IMG/VR virus record: IMGVR_UViG_3300030059_002600
Span: 1-34,800 of that record
Direction: 5' to 3' (one strand)
DNA: 34,800 nucleotides
DNA from: a virus
Taxonomy: Duplodnaviria; Caudoviricetes
The position numbers and the translations under genes are program-made. This document shows positions 1-9,800 of the stretch, piece after piece. The notes below the pieces were generated by a model. The model was given only the letters and a program-made list of their open reading frames with translations. It searched no databases and was not told the DNA's origin. The stretch's first letter is position 1. Every line of letters starts with the position of its first letter.

Positions 1-99
1 AGGAAACAATTTGCAGATTATACAGAAATAGAAGCGGCCAAAGAATGGTTAGGCCACGACCTGCAATCGATAGGGTTTTATGAACTTGATGAATTAAAA
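1..99 (+). repeat. Terminal direct repeat, left copy (probable assembly circularisation overlap)
   Basis: Bases 1-99 are identical to 34702-34800. Confidence 0.95.
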
Positions 100-183
100 C
101 GTTTCCAGGGGCATGCTGATCAAGAAATTGCAGTATCACAATTCATTGATGATAACGATCACCTTTTTGAGGGAGAGCAATAA
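1..183 (+). CDS. 3' part of the hypothetical protein starting at 34588 (wraps the origin)
   Basis: The frame from ATG 34588 continues across the junction to TAA 181-183, which overlaps the next ATG (TAATG). Confidence 0.8.
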   Translation, partial: RKQFADYTEIEAAKEWLGHDLQSIGFYELDELKRFQGHADQEIAVSQFIDDNDHLFEGEQ

Positions 184-374
184 TGGAATTTCGCACAGAT
201 GAGGAAGCAGTTACAAATGGCCTGGTCCTGGCTGCAACAGCTAAAACAGACAAGCAGTCTCAACAAGCCCTAGATTTGGTCCTGCAATTAACGGCAAGCA
301 TGAATGAGCTTCAAGTTTCTCGATGCAAAAAAGAAGCAGATACGATCCTCCAAGGAATTAATAATGCCGGCTAA
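183..374 (+). CDS. Hypothetical protein (63 aa), accessory operon
   Basis: GGAG-type SD and TAATG coupling to the upstream gene. Confidence 0.7.
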   Translation: MEFRTDEEAVTNGLVLAATAKTDKQSQQALDLVLQLTASMNELQVSRCKKEADTILQGINNAG

Positions 375-507
375 ACCAAAGAAAGAGATAATGCGGGCCA
401 TGCGCCTGAAGCGTAAACAGATGGGCCTGGTTGAATTAAAATTATGGCTCACTCCTCAGCAAAAAGAAGCTGTTCAGAAACTTATGGCCAAGCTCACAAA
501 AGACTAG
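364..507 (+). CDS. Small basic putative DNA-binding protein (47 aa)
   Basis: SD AAGGA before ATG 364. MRLKRKQMGLVELKLWLTPQ resembles small ribbon-helix-helix-like phage/plasmid regulators. Confidence 0.55.
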   Translation: MPAKPKKEIMRAMRLKRKQMGLVELKLWLTPQQKEAVQKLMAKLTKD

Positions 508-899
508 CCAGCTCTGAATTTATTACTTAAAGTTATGGCGCGTTGGCCGACCTGTGTGGACCAGCGCGACCGTAACATTTCATCTGCTGCTGCTGCAAAG
601 TCTTTCTTTTCTATAGCGTTAATGGTCTTGCGGAACAGCATAAACCTAGATAAACCCATATTAAATATCATTTCCACAACTACATCTTTTCTGTTACCTG
701 TTAAACCATGATAAAAGTTAAATCGTTTTGCTTCGTGTTCTGACATTTTTAAATCATTTAACAACAGTATCTCAGCTTCTTCCTTAGTGATGCCTTTGTC
801 TAAGTTTCTTCCATACCCAATAGTGTTTGCGCCAGCAGTACATTGGTAAGGTGTAAGGCTTAAACCCTCATGGAATTTGACAGAAGATAATAAGCTCAT
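504..899 (-). CDS. Endolysin, T4-type lysozyme (GH24)
   Basis: HEG-x7-C-x5-TIGYGRNL catalytic region, MIFNMG and C-terminal SRWSTQVGQRA. No SAR or signal segment. Confidence 0.92.
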   Translation of the reverse strand: MSLLSSVKFHEGLSLTPYQCTAGANTIGYGRNLDKGITKEEAEILLLNDLKMSEHEAKRFNFYHGLTGNRKDVVVEMIFNMGLSRFMLFRKTINAIEKKDFAAAADEMLRSRWSTQVGQRAITLSNKFRAG

Positions 900-1234
900 T
901 TTTTATCCCAGAAAGCGGCTTCTCCAAAAGTTTTAACAGCCCAATACATTTTCAAAGATCGTCTTCTCCTTAAAAATATAAACCATTTGTTATTATCATC
1001 TATCTTTCTAACTAGATTGTTCAAGAATATACGATCAGCATATTCCTTATCTGCCAGCGTTACCCCTTGGCTATACATGTAGTCATGGATATTGCAGCAA
1101 TCGGTTATATTTAACCCCCATATTGAATCAGGGACTAGCCATCCTCCCAGCCCTTTTGACCCGCACCCATTGCATAGCCGAGATTTTTCAGAAGCAGAGA
1201 GAGCCCTGTAGCCCTCCGGTTCAAACAGTGTCAT
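896..1234 (-). CDS. Phospholipase A2-like protein (sPLA2/DUF1353-like fold)
   Basis: CNGCGS ... DCCNIHDYMY ... ADRIF matches the sPLA2 loop, His-Asp dyad and second Asp. Its stop overlaps the lysozyme start (ATGA). Confidence 0.7.
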   Translation of the reverse strand: MTLFEPEGYRALSASEKSRLCNGCGSKGLGGWLVPDSIWGLNITDCCNIHDYMYSQGVTLADKEYADRIFLNNLVRKIDDNNKWFIFLRRRRSLKMYWAVKTFGEAAFWDKK

Positions 1235-1245
1235 ATATTTTTCCC

Positions 1246-1274
1246 AAAAAAAACCCCCATATTTCAGGGGGCTT
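1246..1274 (-). terminator. Intrinsic terminator ahead of the lysis genes
   Basis: Minus strand AAGCCCCC-TGAAATAT-GGGGG followed by T8. Confidence 0.75.
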
Positions 1275-1282
1275 AAATAACT

Positions 1283-1348
1283 TCATTTTTTCTTTTTTTT
1301 CTTTTTTACTGTTTTATATGGATATTTTTTACCATTCACAATCGGCAT
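1283..1348 (-). CDS. 21-aa cationic micropeptide MPIVNGKKYPYKTVKKKKKKK (not in ORF track)
   Basis: ATG overlaps the upstream TAA (TAATG) and the frame is open to TGA 1283-1285. Confidence 0.6.
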   Translation of the reverse strand: MPIVNGKKYPYKTVKKKKKKK

Positions 1349-1806
1349 TAAACGGCCTCCAGTTCTTCAATGGTTTCAGCATCTGCAACTAACTTTTCAC
1401 GACCATTACCATTGATGCGTAGCTCTGCGACCTCGCTCCATTTTAGTTTATATATAGTTACTGACTTGTCTGCTTCCTTAGCATCCAGAAACTCTGCCAA
1501 AAGATTACGCTGGCTTGTAGCATCACCTACAACTTCCACAATGTCAGCAGCCGTCTTTGCATCAATGGCAGCAATCTTTAAGGTTTTAGCTTCTGCAAGT
1601 TCTTGAGCCAAACGTAAAGCTTCTTCTTGTTCTAACCTTTCAGCCTCCATTTCGTCAGCATTTTCTTTTAGCACTAGCTCACCATCTACAACCTCATATG
1701 ATGGTGCGTTGTACTTGCTAAAAAAATCATCAGGCACTTGCATATCTAATGCTTCTGAATAGCTTGCGCTGACAATCTCACCATCAACTATCTGTAAGCC
1801 AATCAT
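1348..1806 (-). CDS. Tail fibre assembly-like protein
   Basis: Follows the fibre genes. Acidic, ending ...LVADAETIEELEAV as in tail-fibre chaperones. Confidence 0.55.
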   Translation of the reverse strand: MIGLQIVDGEIVSASYSEALDMQVPDDFFSKYNAPSYEVVDGELVLKENADEMEAERLEQEEALRLAQELAEAKTLKIAAIDAKTAADIVEVVGDATSQRNLLAEFLDAKEADKSVTIYKLKWSEVAELRINGNGREKLVADAETIEELEAV

Positions 1807-2330
1807 GCGTTATTTGCCCAATTAACCATATCTTGTCCATCAGAATTACGAATGACAACACAACGATATTGAATGCCTTGACTAGAACTAACGCTGCTTA
1901 TGTGACGGAAACTTGATGTTTTTCCTTTCTGCAAAACAAACCCACGGCTATTACGGTTTGACATAGCTTTATTGTCAGGTGGACTAGTGGCAGTTGCCCC
2001 TATGAATTGATACGTAATTCCCTTTAAGAAAGTACCGCTATCAAAATTTAAACCTTTTTCTTCAAGCTCATTCCATTTATTATCGCCCTGTGAAGTACTA
2101 CCATCGCTGTTGCTGTATTCATCCCAATAAAACCAATACTGCGCTTGTGTCTCTCTATAATAGCGACCATAGATATGCACTGTCGCATCAACACCGTAGC
2201 CTGAAAAGGTTTGAACGGTAGTGGCTGCGCCATTGCCAGTGTAGGTTACCCATCCACTGTCGTAAAGCACAGGATTAACTACTGCTGCTGCTGCTTCTTC
2301 TTCTGCTGGTACTATTGATACTAAGCTCAT
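1803..2330 (-). CDS. Putative tail-tip/receptor-binding accessory protein
   Basis: Position, YDSGW motif and beta-rich composition. Confidence 0.5.
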   Translation of the reverse strand: MSLVSIVPAEEEAAAAVVNPVLYDSGWVTYTGNGAATTVQTFSGYGVDATVHIYGRYYRETQAQYWFYWDEYSNSDGSTSQGDNKWNELEEKGLNFDSGTFLKGITYQFIGATATSPPDNKAMSNRNSRGFVLQKGKTSSFRHISSVSSSQGIQYRCVVIRNSDGQDMVNWANNA

Positions 2331-2331
2331 A

Positions 2332-3687
2332 CTATGCTACTCCTTCGATTAATACACCATCGGCATATACTTTGTGTGTTACTGCTCTTGCTGTTGTTGC
2401 ACCAGCTATTAAATGAATGGGAATATTAGCAATTGATGAGGCATCATTGTTACTCGCAGGCTCTATATACCCTGAAGCGAAATAACTACTTGACTGCATT
2501 TGAGTGGTATTTGCAGTCATAGTGTTTACGTCTATATACACCATGACACTGTTATAAAAGAAGACTCCTATTCCTGGGGCAACTTCCATTCCTAGGTTAC
2601 CGTATTCAGTTGATGTACCAAGACTGTACATAGTCACGCTAGGGCTTCTGGTAAAATCGGATAATTTAATAATGTTATTTTTGTCAGTACCTTGACCAAC
2701 CTCTATGATATAGAACTCACCGTCAGCTCTTTTCGTGACAATTGCTCCGGCAGAATACGACCCGATACCACAGCCTGTCAGTGTCACAACAGCACCAGTA
2801 GTGACGTTTATTTTAAACAGATCACCTATAGTTGCAGTGCCGTGAATATATATATGCCCGTCGTGGTAAATTGTAAAACCACCCTGATTATCTGATTGAC
2901 CTAGAATATTTCTCGACATAGTGATGGTTGATGATACGTTGCCGACTATTGTTCGACGATATAAATACGGGTCATTGCCAGTGTCTACCGCGTAAATATA
3001 TGTGCCATCCGTACAAGCACCATTAGTACCTCCGCCAAAATCAAAAGAATCATTGTTTGCGTTGCCGCCACCCGTGTTCCAAGTGATTAAAGCACCCGCT
3101 GCATTGTATGCTTTTGCTTGGTTTGAATACATCGAAAAATATACTTTGTCTCCCGCTGCTATCGCAGGGCTGGAAGCTGGTGAATTGTTTGCATCTAAAA
3201 TTAAACCGAAAGCAGATCTGGCAGGCCGAGTGAGACTTCCTGTTCGTACAGAGCTAAACTTTCCAACAGTATCGGTAAATGTTGTTACATTAGCTGGATC
3301 TCTAGGAGTGCCCGTACTATCCGCCCATTTAAATATTCCAGAGCCATCACCGCCAAAGTACCTAGCATCCTGATAACCGTTTGTTACTTGGTCTGCGCCA
3401 GTGTCAAATTTAATATTTACGGTGCTGCTTACATCTACAATCTGTGAACCCGATAATGTGTCAGAGTTCTTGACCGTCTTTAATGTTGTCTTAGGCGTTG
3501 TAAGATTTGCATTGCCGTTAGTAAGAGTGGCAGTTACAGGGTACTTTGGATCTACAGCCTCATAAGATATTGTTTTTAAAACCGCTTGCTCACTTGAGCT
3601 TGTGGCCTTAATAACAACATTGGTTATTGCTGATGTTGATACGGAGGGTGCAGTGTTGACAAACACCTTTAATTTTTCTGTTGCCAT
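2332..3687 (-). CDS. Putative receptor-binding protein (beta-propeller-like core)
   Basis: 451 aa, rich in T/S/G/N, with blade-like segments (TDGTYIYAV, HDGHIYIHG, LFKINVTTG). Confidence 0.55.
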   Translation of the reverse strand: MATEKLKVFVNTAPSVSTSAITNVVIKATSSSEQAVLKTISYEAVDPKYPVTATLTNGNANLTTPKTTLKTVKNSDTLSGSQIVDVSSTVNIKFDTGADQVTNGYQDARYFGGDGSGIFKWADSTGTPRDPANVTTFTDTVGKFSSVRTGSLTRPARSAFGLILDANNSPASSPAIAAGDKVYFSMYSNQAKAYNAAGALITWNTGGGNANNDSFDFGGGTNGACTDGTYIYAVDTGNDPYLYRRTIVGNVSSTITMSRNILGQSDNQGGFTIYHDGHIYIHGTATIGDLFKINVTTGAVVTLTGCGIGSYSAGAIVTKRADGEFYIIEVGQGTDKNNIIKLSDFTRSPSVTMYSLGTSTEYGNLGMEVAPGIGVFFYNSVMVYIDVNTMTANTTQMQSSSYFASGYIEPASNNDASSIANIPIHLIAGATTARAVTHKVYADGVLIEGVA

Positions 3688-3706
3688 GATTGTTTATTCC
3701 TTTTGT

Positions 3707-4579
3707 TTAAATGTAGGCTTGAATTTGCGCTTGAGTCATACCACCACCAGCAACAGATACTTGCGCAGTACCGTCTAATTTTATTCTTGATAGTTTGTAA
3801 CTTGTTGTACTAATTGCTTTTACAATCACCTGATCTCCAGCAGCACAAGTAACCGTATCGCCAGAATTAACGCCATCGATAACCATGTTGCTACCGGCAG
3901 TAAACGAACAAGCACCTGCACATATTAGTGTTCTTTCAACTCCGCCTTGTGGCGCATTAGGGAACGCTATGGTGGTGACTGCTCCTGTCCAGTTTATCTG
4001 GTTACTAGCAGTCCAGATATCCGCAGTAGATGCGTGTGATGCAACTGTTGACCTTGCGAGGTTTAGTCCACCAATCATCAACTTATTGTTAAAGTTTAAA
4101 TTGCCACCTAGCTCTGGCGAGGTATCCGCCACGACGGAACTTATGCCGTCCTGAAGGGCAGCCCATGCAGAACCCGTGGTATATACCTTTAATTTATTGA
4201 TGGTCGTATTGAAATATTGAGCGCCTACGATTAAGGCATTACCATCATTATCCAGTGTAGGGTCGCTAGCCTTTGCTCCTAGATAGGTATCGTCGAAAGC
4301 ATCTAGAGCTGCTTCTGCCGCATCTTTTGCAGCCACTGCCAAAGTTACTTGATTGGTTGCTAAAGTGACCTGTCCTTGGGCGCTCACAACAGCCGCATCA
4401 GCCAGGACAACATCGGCGTTAGTTAACACTAATTTTTGCCCAGCTAAGGTAGCACTCGCCGCGGCGGCTGCAACAGAAGTGGATAGAACACCTGTCCCAA
4501 GGTTTAAATCATCATCCATCTGGTTTAATTTAGTGGGATAATCCGTGTCTCCCGTTGAAAATTTGGTTGATACTGGCAT
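3707..4579 (-). CDS. Tail fibre protein
   Basis: Ala-rich coil, then FDDTYLGAKASDPTLDNDGNAL and DTSPELGGNL modules typical of phage fibres. Confidence 0.75.
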   Translation of the reverse strand: MPVSTKFSTGDTDYPTKLNQMDDDLNLGTGVLSTSVAAAAASATLAGQKLVLTNADVVLADAAVVSAQGQVTLATNQVTLAVAAKDAAEAALDAFDDTYLGAKASDPTLDNDGNALIVGAQYFNTTINKLKVYTTGSAWAALQDGISSVVADTSPELGGNLNFNNKLMIGGLNLARSTVASHASTADIWTASNQINWTGAVTTIAFPNAPQGGVERTLICAGACSFTAGSNMVIDGVNSGDTVTCAAGDQVIVKAISTTSYKLSRIKLDGTAQVSVAGGGMTQAQIQAYI

Positions 4580-4581
4580 AT

Positions 4582-5430
4582 CTATGATTCCTGTAGGGTT
4601 AATGTATCTTGATAAATACCGTGTGTGATAGTGACGTTATCGTGGTTGTTCGTTATCTTCGCAACCATTGAATAATCGCGTTCTTTCTCTCCACCTGCCT
4701 CTGGGAATATCGAGACAAATAGGTCTTTTCGTTTGCCCGATGACCGCATAATTTCTATAAATTTAGGGCGCTCGGACTCAGATAGTGCTGATAGGTCAAA
4801 GGCTATCTGCCTGTAAATAACACCGGCATCAGTTCTAAGTGTGCCTCCTGCGGTTCTTATTTGCCTGGACTCATCTACCCAGGACAAACCGAGGCCATAA
4901 TCTACGTTTACTGCTGGCGAGAAATAACGCCCTAGCATTAGTCTGGATGCTTCCATGTAGGCATTTGTATTTGCCGAATCGGTTAAAGTTAACCTAAACG
5001 ATAAAGCAGCGGCATCCGTAAACCAAAGGACTGAGTATGATAAAGACCAAGATTCAGCTCCGGCCTCGAATACGGTAGCGCCGATTGGATCGATCCCCCA
5101 TTCCAAGTCGCCTAACGATTTTAAAGAGACAGCAGATATCGTCCCGCTATCATAAACGGTCGTTCCGCTTTGGTTTGCGCCAGAGAATAACTCTAACCGC
5201 CAAGTAGCTGTAGCACTGAGGTTATGTCTCCACAGCACTAGGCTGTTCACAATCTGAAGCGATGTAAGATTGCCTAAGATTTGCTGCTGGGCAAGGGATG
5301 TGGTCCTGGCTATTCGCGCCCTGGTCGGATCTTGTAAATTCGTGACAGGTAGAGTTGTAACTAGTGCCGGTGAGGCGCTTAAAGTAGAAGTGTCAGATGG
5401 GATGGCCCATACTATTCTCAAATTACTCAT
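4582..5430 (-). CDS. Minor tail protein
   Basis: Position after the tail hub. HNLS..ATWRL and GRYFSP...YG motifs are seen in siphovirus tail-tip proteins. Confidence 0.65.
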   Translation of the reverse strand: MSNLRIVWAIPSDTSTLSASPALVTTLPVTNLQDPTRARIARTTSLAQQQILGNLTSLQIVNSLVLWRHNLSATATWRLELFSGANQSGTTVYDSGTISAVSLKSLGDLEWGIDPIGATVFEAGAESWSLSYSVLWFTDAAALSFRLTLTDSANTNAYMEASRLMLGRYFSPAVNVDYGLGLSWVDESRQIRTAGGTLRTDAGVIYRQIAFDLSALSESERPKFIEIMRSSGKRKDLFVSIFPEAGGEKERDYSMVAKITNNHDNVTITHGIYQDTLTLQES

Positions 5431-6869
5431 AAAAAGAATCTCACTTTAATTTTATTACTTGCTGGTCGCTCATCTAAGCCGACGACAATCACATTTTTTC
5501 CATTTTCAAATCCAAACCTGGGATAAATAACAGATATTTCATCTCCTAATTTAATTTCAAATGGGCCCGTTGAGAAGGTTGCCTCATAAGTAAACCTAAC
5601 GACATTCCTTAATGCCAGGACCCTGGCTGCTTCAGTATTGGCATCACCAATTAACGAAATTACGCTATTTAGCGCGTCAGGCTTGAGAGCAAGTGGATGA
5701 GAGGTAATAATGGAAGAATTAACAGAAAATGAGACAAGGTTGTTACCGCTGTATATGTTGCGGTTAGCTTCCGTGACTGAGCCGGCTGAGTTGTTTTGAA
5801 CCGTATAATTCTTTTGATATCCAATAGCCGATCTTGCATAAGGTAGGTCACTATTTATAAATGAAAAAGTATCATCAAGCACATCATCAGCATCAAAAGA
5901 AGCACTTGCTGTACCCGTCACATCATCCAGCTGCCACAAAACCATCTTTCCAGCCCTGTTAAATAACCAGTAAGAGCCTGAAGATAATGTAATTTTATCT
6001 ATAACAGATATTAAATTTGCCCTGGCAGGTATGTAATGGCCAACAGTGTAAGGGACCTTAGTATTAAAAGCCGTAAAGCTGGCGGCATCTAAATCTGCTG
6101 ATACCAGGGCTTCCCTTTTTACTAGATATTCAACAATATCGGCTGTTTTAACGTGATAGTTTCCTGAAGGTTTAGCACCCTGAACATCACAAGTTATTAA
6201 ACCAGATGGCTGGCTACTCAAAACAAAAGTACCAGCAGATAAATCAGCCGTAAACGATACTGAAACGCCATTATCCCGAACTTGTGTGATGGCGTTTATT
6301 TCTCCATCGTGAACCTGATATTGGTGAGTAGAAGCGTTTATTAAAATGGGCGTAATGTTAAAAACTTGGCCCACACACAAAGGTTTCGGTTTGCCAAAAG
6401 ATTCACCACTTGTATAGAACGAAGATTGAGCGTTAACGTTTAATTTTTCGCGCTTATCTCTTACTCTGATTCGCATTTTATCGTTATTAACAACCTCAAA
6501 TGCTTCAGTTACTAATGCCGCGATTTGTCTAAAATCATTTCTAGCCCAGGCTGGATCTCCAATTAGCAAAGATAATCCACGCCCGTCCCAGGCATCATTT
6601 AACCAGGCATCTAATGAGCCATCATTAACTAGGTCAATATCCCCCACTCCGAATTTCATAGAAAGCTGGCTTTGAAGATTTGGAACATTACTTATCAAAT
6701 CATCATAAACCGTATTGGCTGGCGTATCTGTCGGCAAAGAGACAAAGGAATGAGTTGAAAGATATTTTACTTTTTCGCTGGTATCGTAGTATTTAGCTTC
6801 CACCAGGACAGCTCTCTCCTGGTTGTCATCTTTTAACCATGCCGCATATTCTGCATCACTAATGCTCAT
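5427..6869 (-). CDS. Tail tip/hub protein
   Basis: Directly downstream of the tape measure, with a GKPKPLCVGQVFNITP motif. Confidence 0.7.
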   Translation of the reverse strand: MSISDAEYAAWLKDDNQERAVLVEAKYYDTSEKVKYLSTHSFVSLPTDTPANTVYDDLISNVPNLQSQLSMKFGVGDIDLVNDGSLDAWLNDAWDGRGLSLLIGDPAWARNDFRQIAALVTEAFEVVNNDKMRIRVRDKREKLNVNAQSSFYTSGESFGKPKPLCVGQVFNITPILINASTHQYQVHDGEINAITQVRDNGVSVSFTADLSAGTFVLSSQPSGLITCDVQGAKPSGNYHVKTADIVEYLVKREALVSADLDAASFTAFNTKVPYTVGHYIPARANLISVIDKITLSSGSYWLFNRAGKMVLWQLDDVTGTASASFDADDVLDDTFSFINSDLPYARSAIGYQKNYTVQNNSAGSVTEANRNIYSGNNLVSFSVNSSIITSHPLALKPDALNSVISLIGDANTEAARVLALRNVVRFTYEATFSTGPFEIKLGDEISVIYPRFGFENGKNVIVVGLDERPASNKIKVRFFL

Positions 6870-9800
6870 CGAACAGCCTGAACGCGATTAGCTGATGATT
6901 GAGCATCATTACTTGAATCATTAACAGCCTGGGTAGTCCCCTGTACAGCAGCAACAACTCGTATCGCCATCCTTTCTATTGCTTGCTCAATACTTTTATC
7001 AAGGGTTACAGGGATACTCCGACCATCAGGAAGTGGGACAGCAGCTTCAGGGCCGGCTTCACCAAAGATTGCTGGTCGGTTACTTATTCCTCCCTTAGCA
7101 AACATTTTTATATTTGTTTGGTCAAAACCTACGTTAGCTGCTTCGGCAGATGAAACGAAGTTATCTACTATTTGCTGTCTTGTTGCCCCATTTCTGAGCG
7201 ACTCATTCCAGTAGTTTGCACCGCCGATATCAGCCTGTCGGCCAAAACCTTGTGTATATAATTGGTCTACAAATTGCGCGTTACTCATAGCCACTGACTG
7301 TGAGCCATTAGCTTTACCGGCTGCTGTTCCGTTACCACCTTCTAACACAAACTTATCTAATGCTTGTTCAAGGCTAAGAACACTTGTATTTATAGTTTCT
7401 AGCCAATGATTACTGGTGGCGATTAAATTAAATTCAGCTTTTAATTGGTCAACCATTCTATCGGCGTTGTCCGCTATTCTATTTGATGCTGTTCCTGCCT
7501 CGGTTAAAGCGGTTTGCACCATGTTGAAGTCATCTGTATAAGCTGTGCCAGAGGCGTTAAACTTCTGACTTTCCTTTAAAAATTCCTCTGATACTGTAGC
7601 TAAATCAGCAAGTGCATCAGCATCGCCTAATTGAGCGCGGTTATTAACATTATTAAATCTAGCCTCGGCAGCTGCAAATCTTTCAGCGTTTGTTAGAGGT
7701 GATAAACTGCTTAACAATAAGCCTTGTGCAGAAGCTCTTAAACCGTCAGCCAATCCTCTAAATGAAGAAGCTAATCCTTCTTGAGATTCTATTTCGCGTT
7801 TGTAGGCATCTATTAGGTTGTTTTTAGCAGTAACCAGCGTTGATATTTTGCCAGTCATTCCAGTGTTTGCTAATTCTTCGACTTGTCTTATTAACTCACC
7901 AGCAGCCAACCAATCAACCGTTTGGCTTGCAGATAATCCGGCGCTTAAAGCCTGCTCAAAACTAGCTCTAAAGTTTTGCATTGATAGGCCTAGACCATCA
8001 AGCTCGGTAGCTTTTAGAAAGGCATTAAGTTTAGCCGTACCCTCTTCCAGACTGGCAATCGCTTTTTCTTGGTCCGTGTAAAACGTACTAAAATAACCCC
8101 GCCATAAAGCCGATGCTGTTTCTGCTCCACCAGCCGCTTCTGATAATTCCCTGGCGAAATTAATCATGCCGTCTACTGACTTATTAAGGGTTATACCCAT
8201 AATATCTAACGATGATGTAAGACTTATAGTTTCAACTGATAGCCTAGTATATGTATCTAGTAACGTTTCATTTTCATTAGCATAAGTATCGACCAGCGCT
8301 ACAGCATCTTGAATGGTCTGTCCCATCACGCCACTATCAGAACCAAATGTGCCGCTGAATATGCCTATCTGATCTTTTAAGTCTTTATTAATAGCCGCAA
8401 GAGCAACGGGCAATTTACCAATATTATCTTTGGTTGCCCTGGCATCAAACATGCTAACCAGTTCGTCATCTATTGCGCCAAGCACCATTCTGTATCGGTT
8501 AAAAATAGCGTTAAATTGTGGGCCACCTTTGTTGCCATCGTGCTTGCCACTTGCGAAATGCTCCGCATTATCCAGCGTGTCTTTTATCGCTGCTATTTCA
8601 TCAGAATCCAAGAAGCTCGCCATTGCATCATCTGCACCTTGAATCATCTTTTGCATGCCGGTTAAATCAACACGGCGACTATTTAAAAATGTTTTTCCAA
8701 AAGCAGTATCGGTAAACGCAAAGTTACTGCCATCAGGATCGCTTTGATTTCCGTATTTTGCTATAGCCTCATCCATTGGTAGATTGCCAGTATGTCCGGC
8801 AACATTACTACCAGTTGATATTGCAAACCTTTGAGATGGTTTATCAGGGCCAATCATTCCACCTAATGCGCCACCGATTAAACCACCTACTAAAGCCCCA
8901 GGGAGTCCACCAGCAGCCATTCCAATAGTAGCTCCTATACTTGCCCCCGCGCCTCCATTTTTGCCGAACAATTCTTGACCGATAAGACCAGCAACAAGTG
9001 CAACGCCAGTATAAACAAGGTTTGATACAGCCCCAGCCCCCGTGAAAGCGCCTCCATTAGCAGCATATGCAGCACTGCTAGTTGAGCCTGAGGCCATAAA
9101 GTTTCCGGCAGAAACAAAGCCTTGACCGATGGAGTTTCCTGACAAGGAACTAAGATTGGATAGGTTGGACAGCATATCCATACCGCCACCACCATCACTG
9201 CCCATTCCAGCATTTGCCATGCCAGAAGCGCCCATTGTAGCAACGCCTGCAATTCTCATAATGAAAGGTTTAGCGGCAAGTAGAGCCATTTCAGAAAGAA
9301 TGTCTTTGACCATTGCTTTGGCGCTATCAACTAGGTTTCTGAAGACATTATCACCACCATCTAGCATTTCGCGGAAAGTAGCTTTAAAAGAGGTGGACAT
9401 ACCATTTGCCATATCGTCAAACTTTTGCTGTGCTTCTGTGGCTTTTTCTGCTGCCAGGTCCAGAGCTTCTTGCTCAGTAAAGATTGCCCTGGTCAGCGCT
9501 ACAACTTCTTTTCCTTGATCACTGATGGCGCTGGCATTAAGTTTTCTTAAATTGTTTGATACGGCAATATCAACTTCAAGCATGTTTAGCTGTTTAAGCT
9601 CACGCCTTAAATTTTCTAATAGTTTTTGATCTTCTTTGCTGATCTTTTCTTTAACAACCACGGCCTCTTTCTCGGCCTTAGTGGTTTTTTTAACGGCGGA
9701 CTCTGTGTCCTCATTAATTTTCGTATAAGCATAAAGACCCGCTGAGGCCGCTAGTATAGCGAGCCCTACTGGTCCCATCATTGTTGTAAACCTACCAAAC

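Noticed and set aside
304-363. Longer start for the 47-aa regulator
   Set aside because: It would overlap the previous gene by 71 bp; the SD supports ATG 364.
1803-4579. Diversity-generating retroelement or invertible tail-fibre segment
   Set aside because: No reverse transcriptase, invertase or TR/VR repeat pair is visible.
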